The notes beneath the pieces are model-generated. The model saw nothing but the letters and a program-made list of their open reading frames with translations, was not told the origin of the DNA and did no database searches. The position numbers and the translations under genes were made by a program. DNA of 64,000 nucleotides from positions 41,881-105,880 of the forward strand of contig CAOTKV010000003.1 in NCBI GenBank assembly GCA_948530865.1. The letters are read 5' to 3'. Positions 54,900 through 64,000 of the stretch are shown here, piece by piece. The stretch's first letter is position 1. The number at the start of each line of letters is the position of its first letter. The stretch is from an uncultured Clostridia bacterium. Lineage in GTDB: Bacteria > Bacillota > Clostridia > TANB77 > CAG-508.

Positions 54900-56728
54900 C
54901 TTACAATACTTCCTACATCTAATCCATACTTTTCTTCAATTTCATCAACACTTCCATGTTTAACAAATTCATCTGGATAAGCAAATTTTTCAAACTCAAC
55001 ATCTATTTTATTTTCAAAAAGCAAATGTTCAACTAAATCACCAAGTCCTCCAATAACAGTTCCATCTTCTATTGTTATAACTTTTTTTGCACCAACTACA
55101 TTTTTTAAAATTGTATCATTATCAAATGGTTTTAAAAATCTTGCATTTATAACTGTTGGAATGATTCCACTTTTTTTTAATTCATCTGAAACTTGTATTG
55201 CTTTTGAAACCATTTTTCCAATAGCAATTATTACAATATCTTTTCCTTCTTCTAAAACTTCTGCTTTTCCATATTTTATTTCATCACATTTTTCAAAAGA
55301 AATTTGCTCTGTGCCACGTGGATATCTTATTAATACTGGTTTATTTAAATTAATTGCAAAATCTAGCATATTTTCCAATTCACAAAAATCTTTAGGAGCC
55401 ATAATATTGAAATTTGGAATTGTATTTGTAAATGCCATATCAAGTAATCCTTGATGAGTTTCTCCATCATTTCCAACTATACCTGCTCTATCTGCACATA
55501 TTACAACTGGTAAATTTTGAATTGCAACATCATGAACTAATTGGTCATATGCTCTTTGAATAAATGAAGAATATAGTGGTACTACTGGTATTAATCCAGA
55601 TTTAGCCATTCCTGCTGCAAGCCCTACTGCATGTTGTTCTGCAATTCCAACATCAAAAAATCTATTTGGGAATTTTTTGGCAAATTCTGTAAGTCCTGTT
55701 CCATCTGTCATTGCAGCTGTTATTGCAACAATCTTTTTATTATTTTTTGCAATTTCTATTAATTTATCACCAAATACTTTAGAATAATCTTTTTTCCCTT
55801 TACCTAACTTTTCTCCAGTTTCTATATTAAATTTCGATGTACTATGAAATCTATCTGGATTCACTTCAGCTGGTTTATAACCTTTTCCTTTTTTAGTTAA
55901 TACATGTACTAAAATTGGTCCTTCTTGTTCTTTACAAATTTTAAATATATCTTCAAGTTTTTCAATATTATGACCATCAACAGGTCCTAAATATCTAAAA
56001 CCAATATCTTCAAAATACATTTTAGGAATTACTAATTGTTTTATTCCTCTTTTAGTTCTTTGAACTAATTTTACAACTTTTTTCCCTACAAGTGGAATTC
56101 TTCCAATAATTTTTTTACCTTTCAAACTACTATTTACATATACACTTTTTGTTCTTAGTTTTGAAAGCATCATTGAAATTCCACCAACATTTTTAGATAT
56201 GCTCATTTCATTATCATTTAAAATAACAATCATATTAGTATTACTACTACCAACATCATTTAAAGCTTCTAATGCCATGCCACCAGTTAATGCTCCATCA
56301 CCAATAACTGCAATAATTTTATTATTTTCTCTTTTTATATCTCTAGATCTTGCCATTCCTAGTGCAACAGATATTGATGTGCTACTATGACCTGTATTAA
56401 AATTATCATAAACACTTTCTGTTGTCTTTGGAAATCCTGCTATTCCATTCATTTTTCTTAAAGAATCTAATTTATTTTTTCTACCAGTTAAAATTTTATG
56501 TACATAAGTTTGATGTCCAACATCCCAAATAATTTTATCTAGTGGTGTATTAAATACTGAATGAAGTGCTATTGTAAGTTCTGTAACACCTAAATTTGAA
56601 GCAAGATGACCTCCTGTTTCTGATACTGTATTTATTACTTTTTCTCTTATTTCTTTTGCTAGAATCTTTTTATCTTCAATACTTAATGGTTTTAAGTCCT
56701 CTGGATAATTTACTTTTTCTAAAATCAT
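54848..56728 (-). CDS. dxs: 1-deoxy-D-xylulose-5-phosphate synthase
   Basis: 626 aa. GGHLASNLGVTELTIALH, WDVGHQTYVHKILTGR, and the GDGALTGGMALEALN ThDP motif. Confidence 0.95.
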   Translation of the reverse strand: MILEKVNYPEDLKPLSIEDKKILAKEIREKVINTVSETGGHLASNLGVTELTIALHSVFNTPLDKIIWDVGHQTYVHKILTGRKNKLDSLRKMNGIAGFPKTTESVYDNFNTGHSSTSISVALGMARSRDIKRENNKIIAVIGDGALTGGMALEALNDVGSSNTNMIVILNDNEMSISKNVGGISMMLSKLRTKSVYVNSSLKGKKIIGRIPLVGKKVVKLVQRTKRGIKQLVIPKMYFEDIGFRYLGPVDGHNIEKLEDIFKICKEQEGPILVHVLTKKGKGYKPAEVNPDRFHSTSKFNIETGEKLGKGKKDYSKVFGDKLIEIAKNNKKIVAITAAMTDGTGLTEFAKKFPNRFFDVGIAEQHAVGLAAGMAKSGLIPVVPLYSSFIQRAYDQLVHDVAIQNLPVVICADRAGIVGNDGETHQGLLDMAFTNTIPNFNIMAPKDFCELENMLDFAINLNKPVLIRYPRGTEQISFEKCDEIKYGKAEVLEEGKDIVIIAIGKMVSKAIQVSDELKKSGIIPTVINARFLKPFDNDTILKNVVGAKKVITIEDGTVIGGLGDLVEHLLFENKIDVEFEKFAYPDEFVKHGSVDEIEEKYGLDVGSIVRCLKNQEKNIKIMKTNY

Positions 56729-56754
56729 AATTCAACTTCCCCACAATTTAATTT

Positions 56755-57411
56755 CTATAACATCAAAAATGCCATTAATGATGTTAATAGTGGCACTGTT
56801 ATATTATCTGTACCTTTTATTGAAATTGCTTCTATAACTGTCATTAATGAAGCAATTAATATTGATTTTATTGCAATATATTCAGATGCACTATATTGCA
56901 AAAATCCAGCTATTATTAATAAAGTTACAAAAAACATTGTCATAGAACCTGCAACTGTTTTTTTATTTCCAAAAACTTTATATTCTGGACTTTTTACTGA
57001 TTGACCAATTACAGCAGCTAATCCATCTCCATATCCCATAACAGCAATTCCACATAAACCAATTAATGGGTTTTTTAGAGGTCCAAAAGTAATTAGTGAC
57101 AATACCAATAAAGAAATGGCATAGTATACTGTCCCCATACTTTCTTTATTTTCATCTCCTACTTCTCTTTCCATAACTTTGATTAAATTCATTTTATATG
57201 AAGCATAATTTATAACAACAAATATTGCTGGCATCAAAGCAGCAATCCATGCACTTTCAAAGAAAACCATTGCTATAATCCACCAATTTGAAAGCATTAT
57301 ATGTATAAATTTCCTACTTGCCTCTTTTCCTGCTTTTTCAAATAATCTTCCTGATAACATTATTACTGCAATAAAAGCAATAGAAACAACTAAACCAAAT
57401 ATGTTATTCAT
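56755..57411 (-). CDS. CTP_transf_1-like polyprenol/diacylglycerol kinase family membrane protein
   Basis: 218 aa with 6-7 TMs. RKFIHIM, GYGDGLAAVIGQ and KTVAGSMTMF blocks resemble the phytol/dolichol kinase and CdsA superfamily. Confidence 0.55.
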   Translation of the reverse strand: MNNIFGLVVSIAFIAVIMLSGRLFEKAGKEASRKFIHIMLSNWWIIAMVFFESAWIAALMPAIFVVINYASYKMNLIKVMEREVGDENKESMGTVYYAISLLVLSLITFGPLKNPLIGLCGIAVMGYGDGLAAVIGQSVKSPEYKVFGNKKTVAGSMTMFFVTLLIIAGFLQYSASEYIAIKSILIASLMTVIEAISIKGTDNITVPLLTSLMAFLML

Positions 57412-57468
57412 TTCTTTTCTCTCTTTCTGACAAATTTGTCATAAAATAATCTATTCAATTATACAAGA

Positions 57469-57494
57469 AAAAGTGCCTTTAATAAAGCACTTTT
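57469..57494 (-). terminator. Rho-independent terminator after the acyl-CoA ligase gene
   Basis: AAAAGTGC, a 10-nt loop, then GCACTTTT. A T-run follows on the minus strand. Confidence 0.55.
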
Positions 57495-57513
57495 TACATT
57501 TTTCACATATATT

Positions 57514-59241
57514 TCACAATATCTTTTTTATTTCCTCATGTCTTTTTACTTTGCCTGTTGTTGTTTTTATCATTTCTTCATCTGTTACTATTATATCTCT
57601 AATATGTTTATATGGTGGCATATTTTTATTTATTTCTGATACATATTTTTTCATATGATCATATATTTCTTTTTCTTGAACATATCCAATAATATCTTTC
57701 ATTGCATCTTTATCATAAACAATTTTCACACAAACATCTAAATCACCATCTTGAGTTGGTTTTCCATAAATCATACTTTCTTTTACTCCTGGTATATGAC
57801 TTATTAAAATTTCTAATTCTTCTGGATAAATATTTTTACCATTTTTTTGAACTATAACGTTCTTTTTTCTTCCAGTTATATAAAGAAAGCCATCTTCAAC
57901 ATATCCTAAATCACCAGTATGGAACCATTCTCCTTCAAAAACTTCTTCTGTTGCACTATTATTTTTATAATAGCCTAACATTACACTTGGTCCTTTAACT
58001 ACAATTTCTCCAATTCCCATTTCATTTTTATTTTCAATTTTTAATTCAAGTGATGGTAATACTTTTCCAACAGTTCCGCTTTTTATTGCATGATCATTTT
58101 CAACAGCAATTACTGGTGATGTTTCTGTTAAACCATAACCTTGATATACTTGAAGTCCAAGTCCTGATAAAGATTTTGCGAGAGACTCATCCATTGCTGC
58201 TGCACCACTTACTATTAATCTAATATTTCCTCCAAGGGCTTCATGTACTTCTTTAAATACTTTTCTTTTTAAATTTATATGGATTTTGTCTAAAACATTA
58301 GTAACTTTTATCATATTATTAACAAGTTTTATTTTTCCTTGCTTTTCTATATTTTTCATTATTCTTTTATATATACTCTCTAATATTAAAGGAACACATA
58401 CAAGTACTGTTGGCTTATATTCACAAAGATTTTGCTGAATATATTTTAATCCATCACAAAAGCACATATATCCACCAATAAATACTACAACATGGTTTAT
58501 TGTTGATTGGAATGTATGATGAAAAGGAAGAAGAGCAAGCATACCATCATTTTCATCAAATTTTATAACTTTAAGTAAATCCATAACATTAGAGCAAATA
58601 TTTTTTTGAGAAAGCATTACAGCTTTAGAAATTGAAGTTGTTCCTGAAGTAAATAACATTATTGTCATTTTTTCTGAATCAACTTCAGTATCTAAATAAC
58701 TTCTATCACCTTTTTCTAATAGTTCATTTCCTTTTTCTATTATTTTTTTATAAGAAATAAATCCATCTTTATCTTCTTCTAAATCAAAACATATAAAAAT
58801 CTCAATTGAAGATAATTTTTCATCTCTTATTTTTTTCATAATATCCAAATATTTTTCTTCGAAAAATATTGCTTTTGCTTCACTACGCTCTGCTAGTGAA
58901 ATTATTTCATTATCTGGTAAAGACTTATCTAAAGGAACTATTATTTTATCTCCTGTTGTAACTGCATAATAGCTAACAGTCCATTCATATCTATCTTTTG
59001 CTATTAGTGCAACTTTTTCATCATTATTAATCCCTAAATAATTCAATACTGTTCCTATGCAATCAATTTCATGTTTATATTCTTTATATGACATTGAATA
59101 AAATTCAGGAGTTTCCCCTTTTTTATACATTCTTTTTTTAAATTTGAATGCTGGTCTATCACCATAAAGTTCTACTGTTTGATTTAATAAATCTTTAAAA
59201 TCTGTGATTTTTCTTACATTTTCATAATATGTTTCCTTCAT
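57514..59241 (-). CDS. Long-chain fatty acid-CoA ligase (AMP-binding family)
   Basis: The ATG at 59241 (MKETYYENV) has the SD GGAGGA (the track starts at 59262). It carries the AMP motif LFTSGTTSISKAV, YGLTETS, and GDLGYVEDGFLYITGRKK. Confidence 0.85.
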   Translation of the reverse strand: MKETYYENVRKITDFKDLLNQTVELYGDRPAFKFKKRMYKKGETPEFYSMSYKEYKHEIDCIGTVLNYLGINNDEKVALIAKDRYEWTVSYYAVTTGDKIIVPLDKSLPDNEIISLAERSEAKAIFFEEKYLDIMKKIRDEKLSSIEIFICFDLEEDKDGFISYKKIIEKGNELLEKGDRSYLDTEVDSEKMTIMLFTSGTTSISKAVMLSQKNICSNVMDLLKVIKFDENDGMLALLPFHHTFQSTINHVVVFIGGYMCFCDGLKYIQQNLCEYKPTVLVCVPLILESIYKRIMKNIEKQGKIKLVNNMIKVTNVLDKIHINLKRKVFKEVHEALGGNIRLIVSGAAAMDESLAKSLSGLGLQVYQGYGLTETSPVIAVENDHAIKSGTVGKVLPSLELKIENKNEMGIGEIVVKGPSVMLGYYKNNSATEEVFEGEWFHTGDLGYVEDGFLYITGRKKNVIVQKNGKNIYPEELEILISHIPGVKESMIYGKPTQDGDLDVCVKIVYDKDAMKDIIGYVQEKEIYDHMKKYVSEINKNMPPYKHIRDIIVTDEEMIKTTTGKVKRHEEIKKIL

Positions 59242-59304
59242 ATAAATCCTCCAACTTATCATATATCTATAAGATATTATACATCTAATAAAAGTTTTTT
59301 TCCA

Positions 59305-59796
59305 TTAGAATAATTGGTCAGTTTTTAAATTATTTTTACAATCTAAGTAAACATTATTTCCTATCCAACTCTTTTTTTCTTCCAAATTCTTTCTCACTTC
59401 TGTTGCACTTATTGGATTTGTTTTTCTTTCGCTATCTACACGTCTATCTATAATATTCATATATTCAGAAACACTTTTTCCATAATTTTCACTACTATAA
59501 AAATGTGTTGCTTGTATATCTCCAACAATTTTAGTTAAATATTCCATTTGGATTTTTACACTTTCTTTGTCTAATCCATATTGCATTGGTGGATTATGTG
59601 CAAATCTTATTTCAACATTTGGATATTTATTCTTAATCCACTCTGCTCTTTTTTCTGTTGGAATATTTATGACATCTGTATCATATACAACAACTACTAC
59701 TTTGTCCATCTCTTTTAAAGCTGTCTCAATTAAATATTCATGTCCTTTATGAAAAGGAGCAAACTTCCCAATTGTAAATCCAATTTTTTCGTTCAT
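59305..59796 (-). CDS. Cytidylyltransferase-like nucleotidyltransferase (NadR-type NMN adenylyltransferase-like)
   Basis: 163 aa. The GKFAPFHKGHEYLI (H/T)xGH motif is present. Confidence 0.6.
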   Translation of the reverse strand: MNEKIGFTIGKFAPFHKGHEYLIETALKEMDKVVVVVYDTDVINIPTEKRAEWIKNKYPNVEIRFAHNPPMQYGLDKESVKIQMEYLTKIVGDIQATHFYSSENYGKSVSEYMNIIDRRVDSERKTNPISATEVRKNLEEKKSWIGNNVYLDCKNNLKTDQLF

Positions 59797-59818
59797 TTTT
59801 TATTCCTTTTATAATTCA

Positions 59819-61120
59819 TTATTCATATCTTAAAGCATCTATAGGATTCATTTTAGCTGCTTTATTTGCTGGGTAATATCCAAAAAATACACCAATTGAC
59901 ATTGAAAATACTAATGATGTTATGATTCCTGAAATTGAAGGTTTTGCTGGATAACCTAATAATTTTGAAGCAAGTATTCCTCCACCTACTCCTAGCATTA
60001 CACCAATTGCTCCTCCAATTAAACAAATTATCATAGCTTCTACTATAAACTGAGTTCTAATTGACGAATTTTTAGCTCCTAAAGCTTTTCTAGTTCCAAT
60101 TTCTCTTGTTCTTTCTGTTATAGAAACAAGCATTATATTCATAACTCCAATTCCACCAACAATTAATGCAATTCCTGCAACTATTGATATTGCAAGTGTA
60201 ATTGTTGAAAGCATATCTGTAAGCATTGATACCATTGATCCCATTGTAACTGCTTGTATTTCATAAGTTCTATTATTAGCATAATATGGTTCAAAAAATG
60301 TCTCAACTTTTTTTGCTAATAATTCAGCATCTGTACCAACCTTTGTTATAATTTGAAAATTAGTATATCCACTTGTTTCATGAGTAAAGTTCATTGCTGT
60401 TTTTAAAGGAACATATAAATCTGTAGTTGCATTATCTCCACCAGACATATCCATTCCCATCATTGCCATACCTTGATTTTCATATACACCTATAATAGTA
60501 AAACTTTGCATCTTACCATCAATACTAATTTCAACATCTTTTCCTAGTGCATTATTTACATTCCCATCAAATAATTTATTTACCAATTTATCTGATACTA
60601 TTGCAACATTTTTTTGCTCACTATAATCTGTTTCTGAAAACATTTTTCCACCAAGCATTTCTAATTTATTTGTAACAAAGTAACCAACACTGTTTCCATA
60701 TAAAGTAATACTTGCAGAATTATTTCCCAAATTTGCAGTTCCTCTTCCTGCCCAATATTGTGCATTTATTGCATAAATATCATCTGGAAATTTTTCTATC
60801 ATTTCTTTAATCATATCTTCTGTTATGTAATCACTATCATTTATGTACATACTATCACTTGGAAGTTTTCCAAATTTAGCACCATCTATTCTTGAACTTT
60901 CTTCTTCAGCATCTTTTCTAGAATTTAACATTACATATACATTATTTGCTCCCATTGATTGCATGTTTTCTGAAACAGAAAGCGTTAATGAATCCCCAAC
61001 TGTAATAATTGCAATAACAGAACCAATACCAATTATAATTCCAAGCATTGTAAGTAATGCTCTCATTTTATTTGAAAGAAGGCTATTTATAGCAAGTATA
61101 ATATTTTCTAATAGTAGCAT
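59819..61120 (-). CDS. MacB/FtsX-type ABC transporter permease
   Basis: 433 aa. An N-terminal TM, a large extracytoplasmic domain, then three C-terminal TMs with the ITERTREIGTRKALGA motif. Confidence 0.85.
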   Translation of the reverse strand: MLLLENIILAINSLLSNKMRALLTMLGIIIGIGSVIAIITVGDSLTLSVSENMQSMGANNVYVMLNSRKDAEEESSRIDGAKFGKLPSDSMYINDSDYITEDMIKEMIEKFPDDIYAINAQYWAGRGTANLGNNSASITLYGNSVGYFVTNKLEMLGGKMFSETDYSEQKNVAIVSDKLVNKLFDGNVNNALGKDVEISIDGKMQSFTIIGVYENQGMAMMGMDMSGGDNATTDLYVPLKTAMNFTHETSGYTNFQIITKVGTDAELLAKKVETFFEPYYANNRTYEIQAVTMGSMVSMLTDMLSTITLAISIVAGIALIVGGIGVMNIMLVSITERTREIGTRKALGAKNSSIRTQFIVEAMIICLIGGAIGVMLGVGGGILASKLLGYPAKPSISGIITSLVFSMSIGVFFGYYPANKAAKMNPIDALRYE

Positions 61121-62010
61121 TAGTTCTTTCCTCCTTCATTCTTTTTTGATTTATTTTTCCTTTTTTCATTAGTATTTTTTTCTTGTTTACTATCAGACCT
61201 TTTTTCTTCACTAGATTTTTCTTGTTTTTGAGTATTATTTTCAATTTTTTCATTTTCATCTAATTCAACTTCACCAGTATTTATAGTTCTATTTTTTGCA
61301 ATATTTTTTTCTTTATTTTTACTATTATCTTTAACACTAATAATTTTTCCATCTCTTATTGATATTATTCTATCTGTTTCTCCTGCCAATTCATTTGAGT
61401 GTGTTATTAAGACAATTGTTTTATTTTTTTCTTTATTCAACTTATGAAATAAATCCATAACTAATCTACCAGTTTTAGAATCTAATGCACCAGTTGGCTC
61501 ATCAGCTAAAATAATTGCAGGATCATTTGCCATTGCTCTTGCTATGGCAACTCTTTGCTTTTGTCCTCCAGATAGTTCTTCTGGTAAATGTTTTGCTCTA
61601 TCACCCATTTCTACTAAATCCAAAAGTTCTTTTGCTCTTTTTAATCTTTCTGATCTTTCCATTCCAGCATAAAGCATTGGTAATTCAATATTTTTTAAAG
61701 CATTAGTTTTTGAAATTAAATTATAAGTTTGAAAAACAAAACCAATTTTTTGATTTCTAATTTCTGATAATTCAGATTCCTCTGCTTCACCAACATTTAT
61801 TCCATCTAACATATATGTTCCTGAAGTTGGTCTATCTAAAACTCCTATTGTATTCATTAATGTTGATTTTCCTGAACCAGAAGGACCAACAATAGCAACA
61901 AATTCACCTTCTTCAACCTCTAAAGAAATTCCATGAAGAATCTCTAATTCGTTTGGTTCACCAACATAAAATTTTTTAATTATATTTTCTAATTTTATAA
62001 TTGAACTCAT
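61120..62010 (-). CDS. MacB-type ABC ATP-binding protein with Lys/Glu-rich C-terminal tail
   Basis: The ATG at 62010 (MSSIIKLENI) has the SD AAAGGA (the track starts at 62043). GPSGSGKST, LSGGQKQRVAIARAM and ILADEPTGALD are present. The last ~75 aa are low-complexity K/E/N/S. Confidence 0.85.
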   Translation of the reverse strand: MSSIIKLENIIKKFYVGEPNELEILHGISLEVEEGEFVAIVGPSGSGKSTLMNTIGVLDRPTSGTYMLDGINVGEAEESELSEIRNQKIGFVFQTYNLISKTNALKNIELPMLYAGMERSERLKRAKELLDLVEMGDRAKHLPEELSGGQKQRVAIARAMANDPAIILADEPTGALDSKTGRLVMDLFHKLNKEKNKTIVLITHSNELAGETDRIISIRDGKIISVKDNSKNKEKNIAKNRTINTGEVELDENEKIENNTQKQEKSSEEKRSDSKQEKNTNEKRKNKSKKNEGGKN

Positions 62011-62023
62011 TTTTTGTTCCTTT

Positions 62024-63709
62024 CTACATTCCTGCGTCTGCACCCATCATTTCAAGTAAATCATTCATTGAATCTCCTGCTTCAATTTTTGGTAAAACAA
62101 CTTTCATATCTGGTTTTAATTTATCTGATTTTATTTGAATATAATAACTTCCTTGTATACCTAAAGTCACATCTAATTCTTCTTTATTTTCTCCTGTATC
62201 ATCTTTGGCAATTTCTATATAATGTGTGCCATTATCTCTATTATAAACTGCATTGTATGGTACAGCCCAAACATCTTCTTCCATTTCAGTAATAATACTT
62301 AATTTTGCATTCATTCCTAAACGTAATCTATCATTTACAGAATCTAATGCTATTTCAACCTTATATGTTGCATTTGATACCGCAGTTCCTGTTGTTGCCA
62401 TTCCAGCATTTACTGCATTATTTGTTGCACTTGAAGCAACATATGTAATTCTTCCTTCCATTTCTTCATCTCTAGTAGCATCAGTTTTTATTAATACTTT
62501 CATTCCAATTTCTATATCTGGAATATCATATTCATCAATTTCTGCTTCTACAATAAATTCTTCTGTTCCTTCTATTGTTGCAATTGCAGTTCCTGTATAT
62601 AAATCACCTTTTTTTACATTTACATTTGTAACTGTACCACTTACAGTTGATTTAACTACTCCATCTGCAATTTGATCTTTAAGTGTATTTATTTGTGAAG
62701 CGCTTGCAAGTGAACTTGAACTTGCTGCAAGTTCCGAATTTTTCACATTATCTTTCATTGATTCAATTGTACTATCAGCTGTAGATACAACACTATTATA
62801 AGCTGTTATCATTTTATCATATGTAGCTTTCAATTGGCTTATTGTAGGTTCTATTTGAGCTTTTTGTGCTTGAAGACTGGCAATTTCTGAAGCTAGAGCA
62901 TTTATTGGTGCCATACCTGCTTGTTTTGTATTGTATTCTGCTTGTGCTGTTAAAAAAGCACTTTCAGCTGTTTTTGCATTTGCTTGTAAAGTTGTTAAAC
63001 TTTGTTTTTTGTTACTATCCTCTGGTGTGTTTTCCACAATTGTACCATTTAATATACCTGCATCATAATTTGCTTTTTCAGCATTGTATGCACTAGTTGC
63101 ATTTTCAAATTCAATTTTTTTATTATTATAATTTTGTTCAATGCTAGCTAAGTCTGCTTGTTGCCCAGCAAATGAATTCAATTGAGCTTGTTTTTCAACT
63201 ATACTGTTATTTATATTATTTAATTGATTAACTGCATTATCATAAGCAGTTTTTGCAGAATTTATGTCTTGTTGACTGCTATTTACCTGTGTATTTTTAT
63301 TTACAATAGCATCATTTAAATTTCTATGTGCTGACTCAACACCAAGATTAGCTTGAGCCTGGCTTGTGCTTTGACTTGCCTGAGCAATATTTAAGTTTTG
63401 TTGTAGTGTTGATGTATCAAATGTACAAATAACATCTCCTACATTTACTTTATCACCCTTTTTTACATTTACTGAAAGTATTTCAGACCCAGTAAGTGTT
63501 GATACAACATTTTTAGTATTAGTAGAGTTTATTGTACCAGTTGCACTTATACTTTTTGCAATAGTTCTCTTTTCTATTGTTTCAATCTCTGGTTTTGATA
63601 CTTCTTCACTATTATTTTTATTTGCATTTGTAAAAATAAAAATTGCTATAACAACTATTATTATTGCTATAATAACTTTCTTTTTTGTAATCTTTTTTTT
63701 CTTTTTCAT
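62024..63709 (-). CDS. HlyD/MacA-family periplasmic adaptor with long coiled-coil hairpin
   Basis: 561 aa. An N-terminal TM, lipoyl-like halves (VNVKKGDKVNVGDVICTFD / VNVKKGDLYTG), and about 250 aa of Q/N/A/S-rich helical repeat between them. Confidence 0.8.
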   Translation of the reverse strand: MKKKKKITKKKVIIAIIIVVIAIFIFTNANKNNSEEVSKPEIETIEKRTIAKSISATGTINSTNTKNVVSTLTGSEILSVNVKKGDKVNVGDVICTFDTSTLQQNLNIAQASQSTSQAQANLGVESAHRNLNDAIVNKNTQVNSSQQDINSAKTAYDNAVNQLNNINNSIVEKQAQLNSFAGQQADLASIEQNYNNKKIEFENATSAYNAEKANYDAGILNGTIVENTPEDSNKKQSLTTLQANAKTAESAFLTAQAEYNTKQAGMAPINALASEIASLQAQKAQIEPTISQLKATYDKMITAYNSVVSTADSTIESMKDNVKNSELAASSSSLASASQINTLKDQIADGVVKSTVSGTVTNVNVKKGDLYTGTAIATIEGTEEFIVEAEIDEYDIPDIEIGMKVLIKTDATRDEEMEGRITYVASSATNNAVNAGMATTGTAVSNATYKVEIALDSVNDRLRLGMNAKLSIITEMEEDVWAVPYNAVYNRDNGTHYIEIAKDDTGENKEELDVTLGIQGSYYIQIKSDKLKPDMKVVLPKIEAGDSMNDLLEMMGADAGM

Positions 63710-63982
63710 TTTGTTTATAACTCTCCTTTTATTTATAAAGTATTAAAAAACCTTGTATATTATATCACACAAAAATTTTTTTTTCTATATTTTTACTTTA
63801 TATTAATAAAATATTAATATGAACTATTTATTAACATTCTAGCATTATTTTTGTAATAAAGTTTTAATATTATTGTTATATTTCTTTTTATACTTATATG
63901 ATATAATATTTTTATTATAAAGGATAAATTTATCATTTTGTCATTTATATACAGTATTTTAGGAAGTTAAGGAGAATTTAGA

Positions 63983-64000
63983 ATGCTAAATATGCCTGTA
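63983..64000 (+). CDS. Start of an unidentified plus-strand gene (first 6 codons only)
   Basis: AAGGAG SD lies 8 nt upstream of ATGCTAAATATGCCTGTA. A TGATATAAT extended -10 lies at 63899-63907. Confidence 0.3.

Noticed and set aside
62253-62675. A 140-aa plus-strand ORF rich in S/A/V/I/T.
   Set aside because: It is a mirror frame of the Q/N/A/S-rich coiled-coil region of the HlyD-family adaptor, so it is a compositional artefact.
1-64000. About 60 short plus-strand ORFs (60-170 aa) in the supplied track, lying antisense to or out of frame with the long minus-strand genes. Examples: 2403-2681, 9381-9578, 11298-11893, 13566-14178, 23925-24623, 33736-34456, 36307-36745, 50533-51132, 53710-54444, 61515-61706, 62014-63096.
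   Set aside because: They are F/L/I/Y/S-rich shadow frames typical of the antisense strand of very AT-rich genes. They have no SD sequences, and they lie wholly inside ORFs with clear family motifs.
1-64000. A search by eye for CRISPR arrays, tRNA or rRNA genes, IS elements, restriction-modification systems, toxin-antitoxin pairs or known phage-defence genes.
   Set aside because: I found none. Intergenic space is small and is taken up by promoters and terminators. No spaced direct repeats were seen, and no nuclease, methylase or integrase motifs appear in any ORF.

Overview
Very AT-rich window (about 25-28% GC by eye), densely coded, with nearly every gene on the minus strand. It reads as a low-GC Firmicute, Clostridia-like chromosome. 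All product calls come from my own reading of the ORF translations and motifs; no BLAST or HMM search was possible.

Positions 1-37.1 kb form a cell-envelope glycan super-locus with three parts:
- (i) 1-17969: an ABC-transporter (Wzm/Wzt-type) dependent polymer line. It has a tandem array of GT2 paralogues, two paralogous GT2-GT4-coiled-coil proteins, a methyltransferase/kinase-like/coiled-coil protein with WbdD-like architecture, a Wzt-type ATPase with an extra C-terminal domain, a degenerate MBL-fold membrane protein, a polytopic membrane protein and an AT3 acyltransferase.
- (ii) 18493-33524: a Wzx/Wzy-type line. It starts from a PglF/CapD dehydratase, a DegT aminotransferase and a PglC-like phosphoglycosyl transferase, and is decorated with a radical SAM/SPASM enzyme, an ATP-grasp ligase, a second PLP-like protein and a FemAB-like protein. 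Its wzx gene is split by a frameshift.
- (iii) 33620-37112: rfbB-rfbC and rfbA-rfbD for dTDP-rhamnose.

The remainder is housekeeping (glmU-like, typA, plsC, cmk, glgP, cdd, dxs, acyl-CoA ligase, a MacB-type efflux trio) plus a SipW/TasA-like fibre operon.

Four short blocks of clearly higher GC (about 38-40% by eye) sit between native operons. Each has foreign codon usage and a matched terminator, and all but one of their genes has a near-consensus promoter.

I found no CRISPR array, tRNA, rRNA, transposase, integrase or recognisable phage-defence genes. The best candidates for undescribed biology are the capped, ruler-type ABC glycan module, the radical-SAM/ATP-grasp/FemAB amino-sugar branch, and the SipW operon with a 63-aa mini-subunit.
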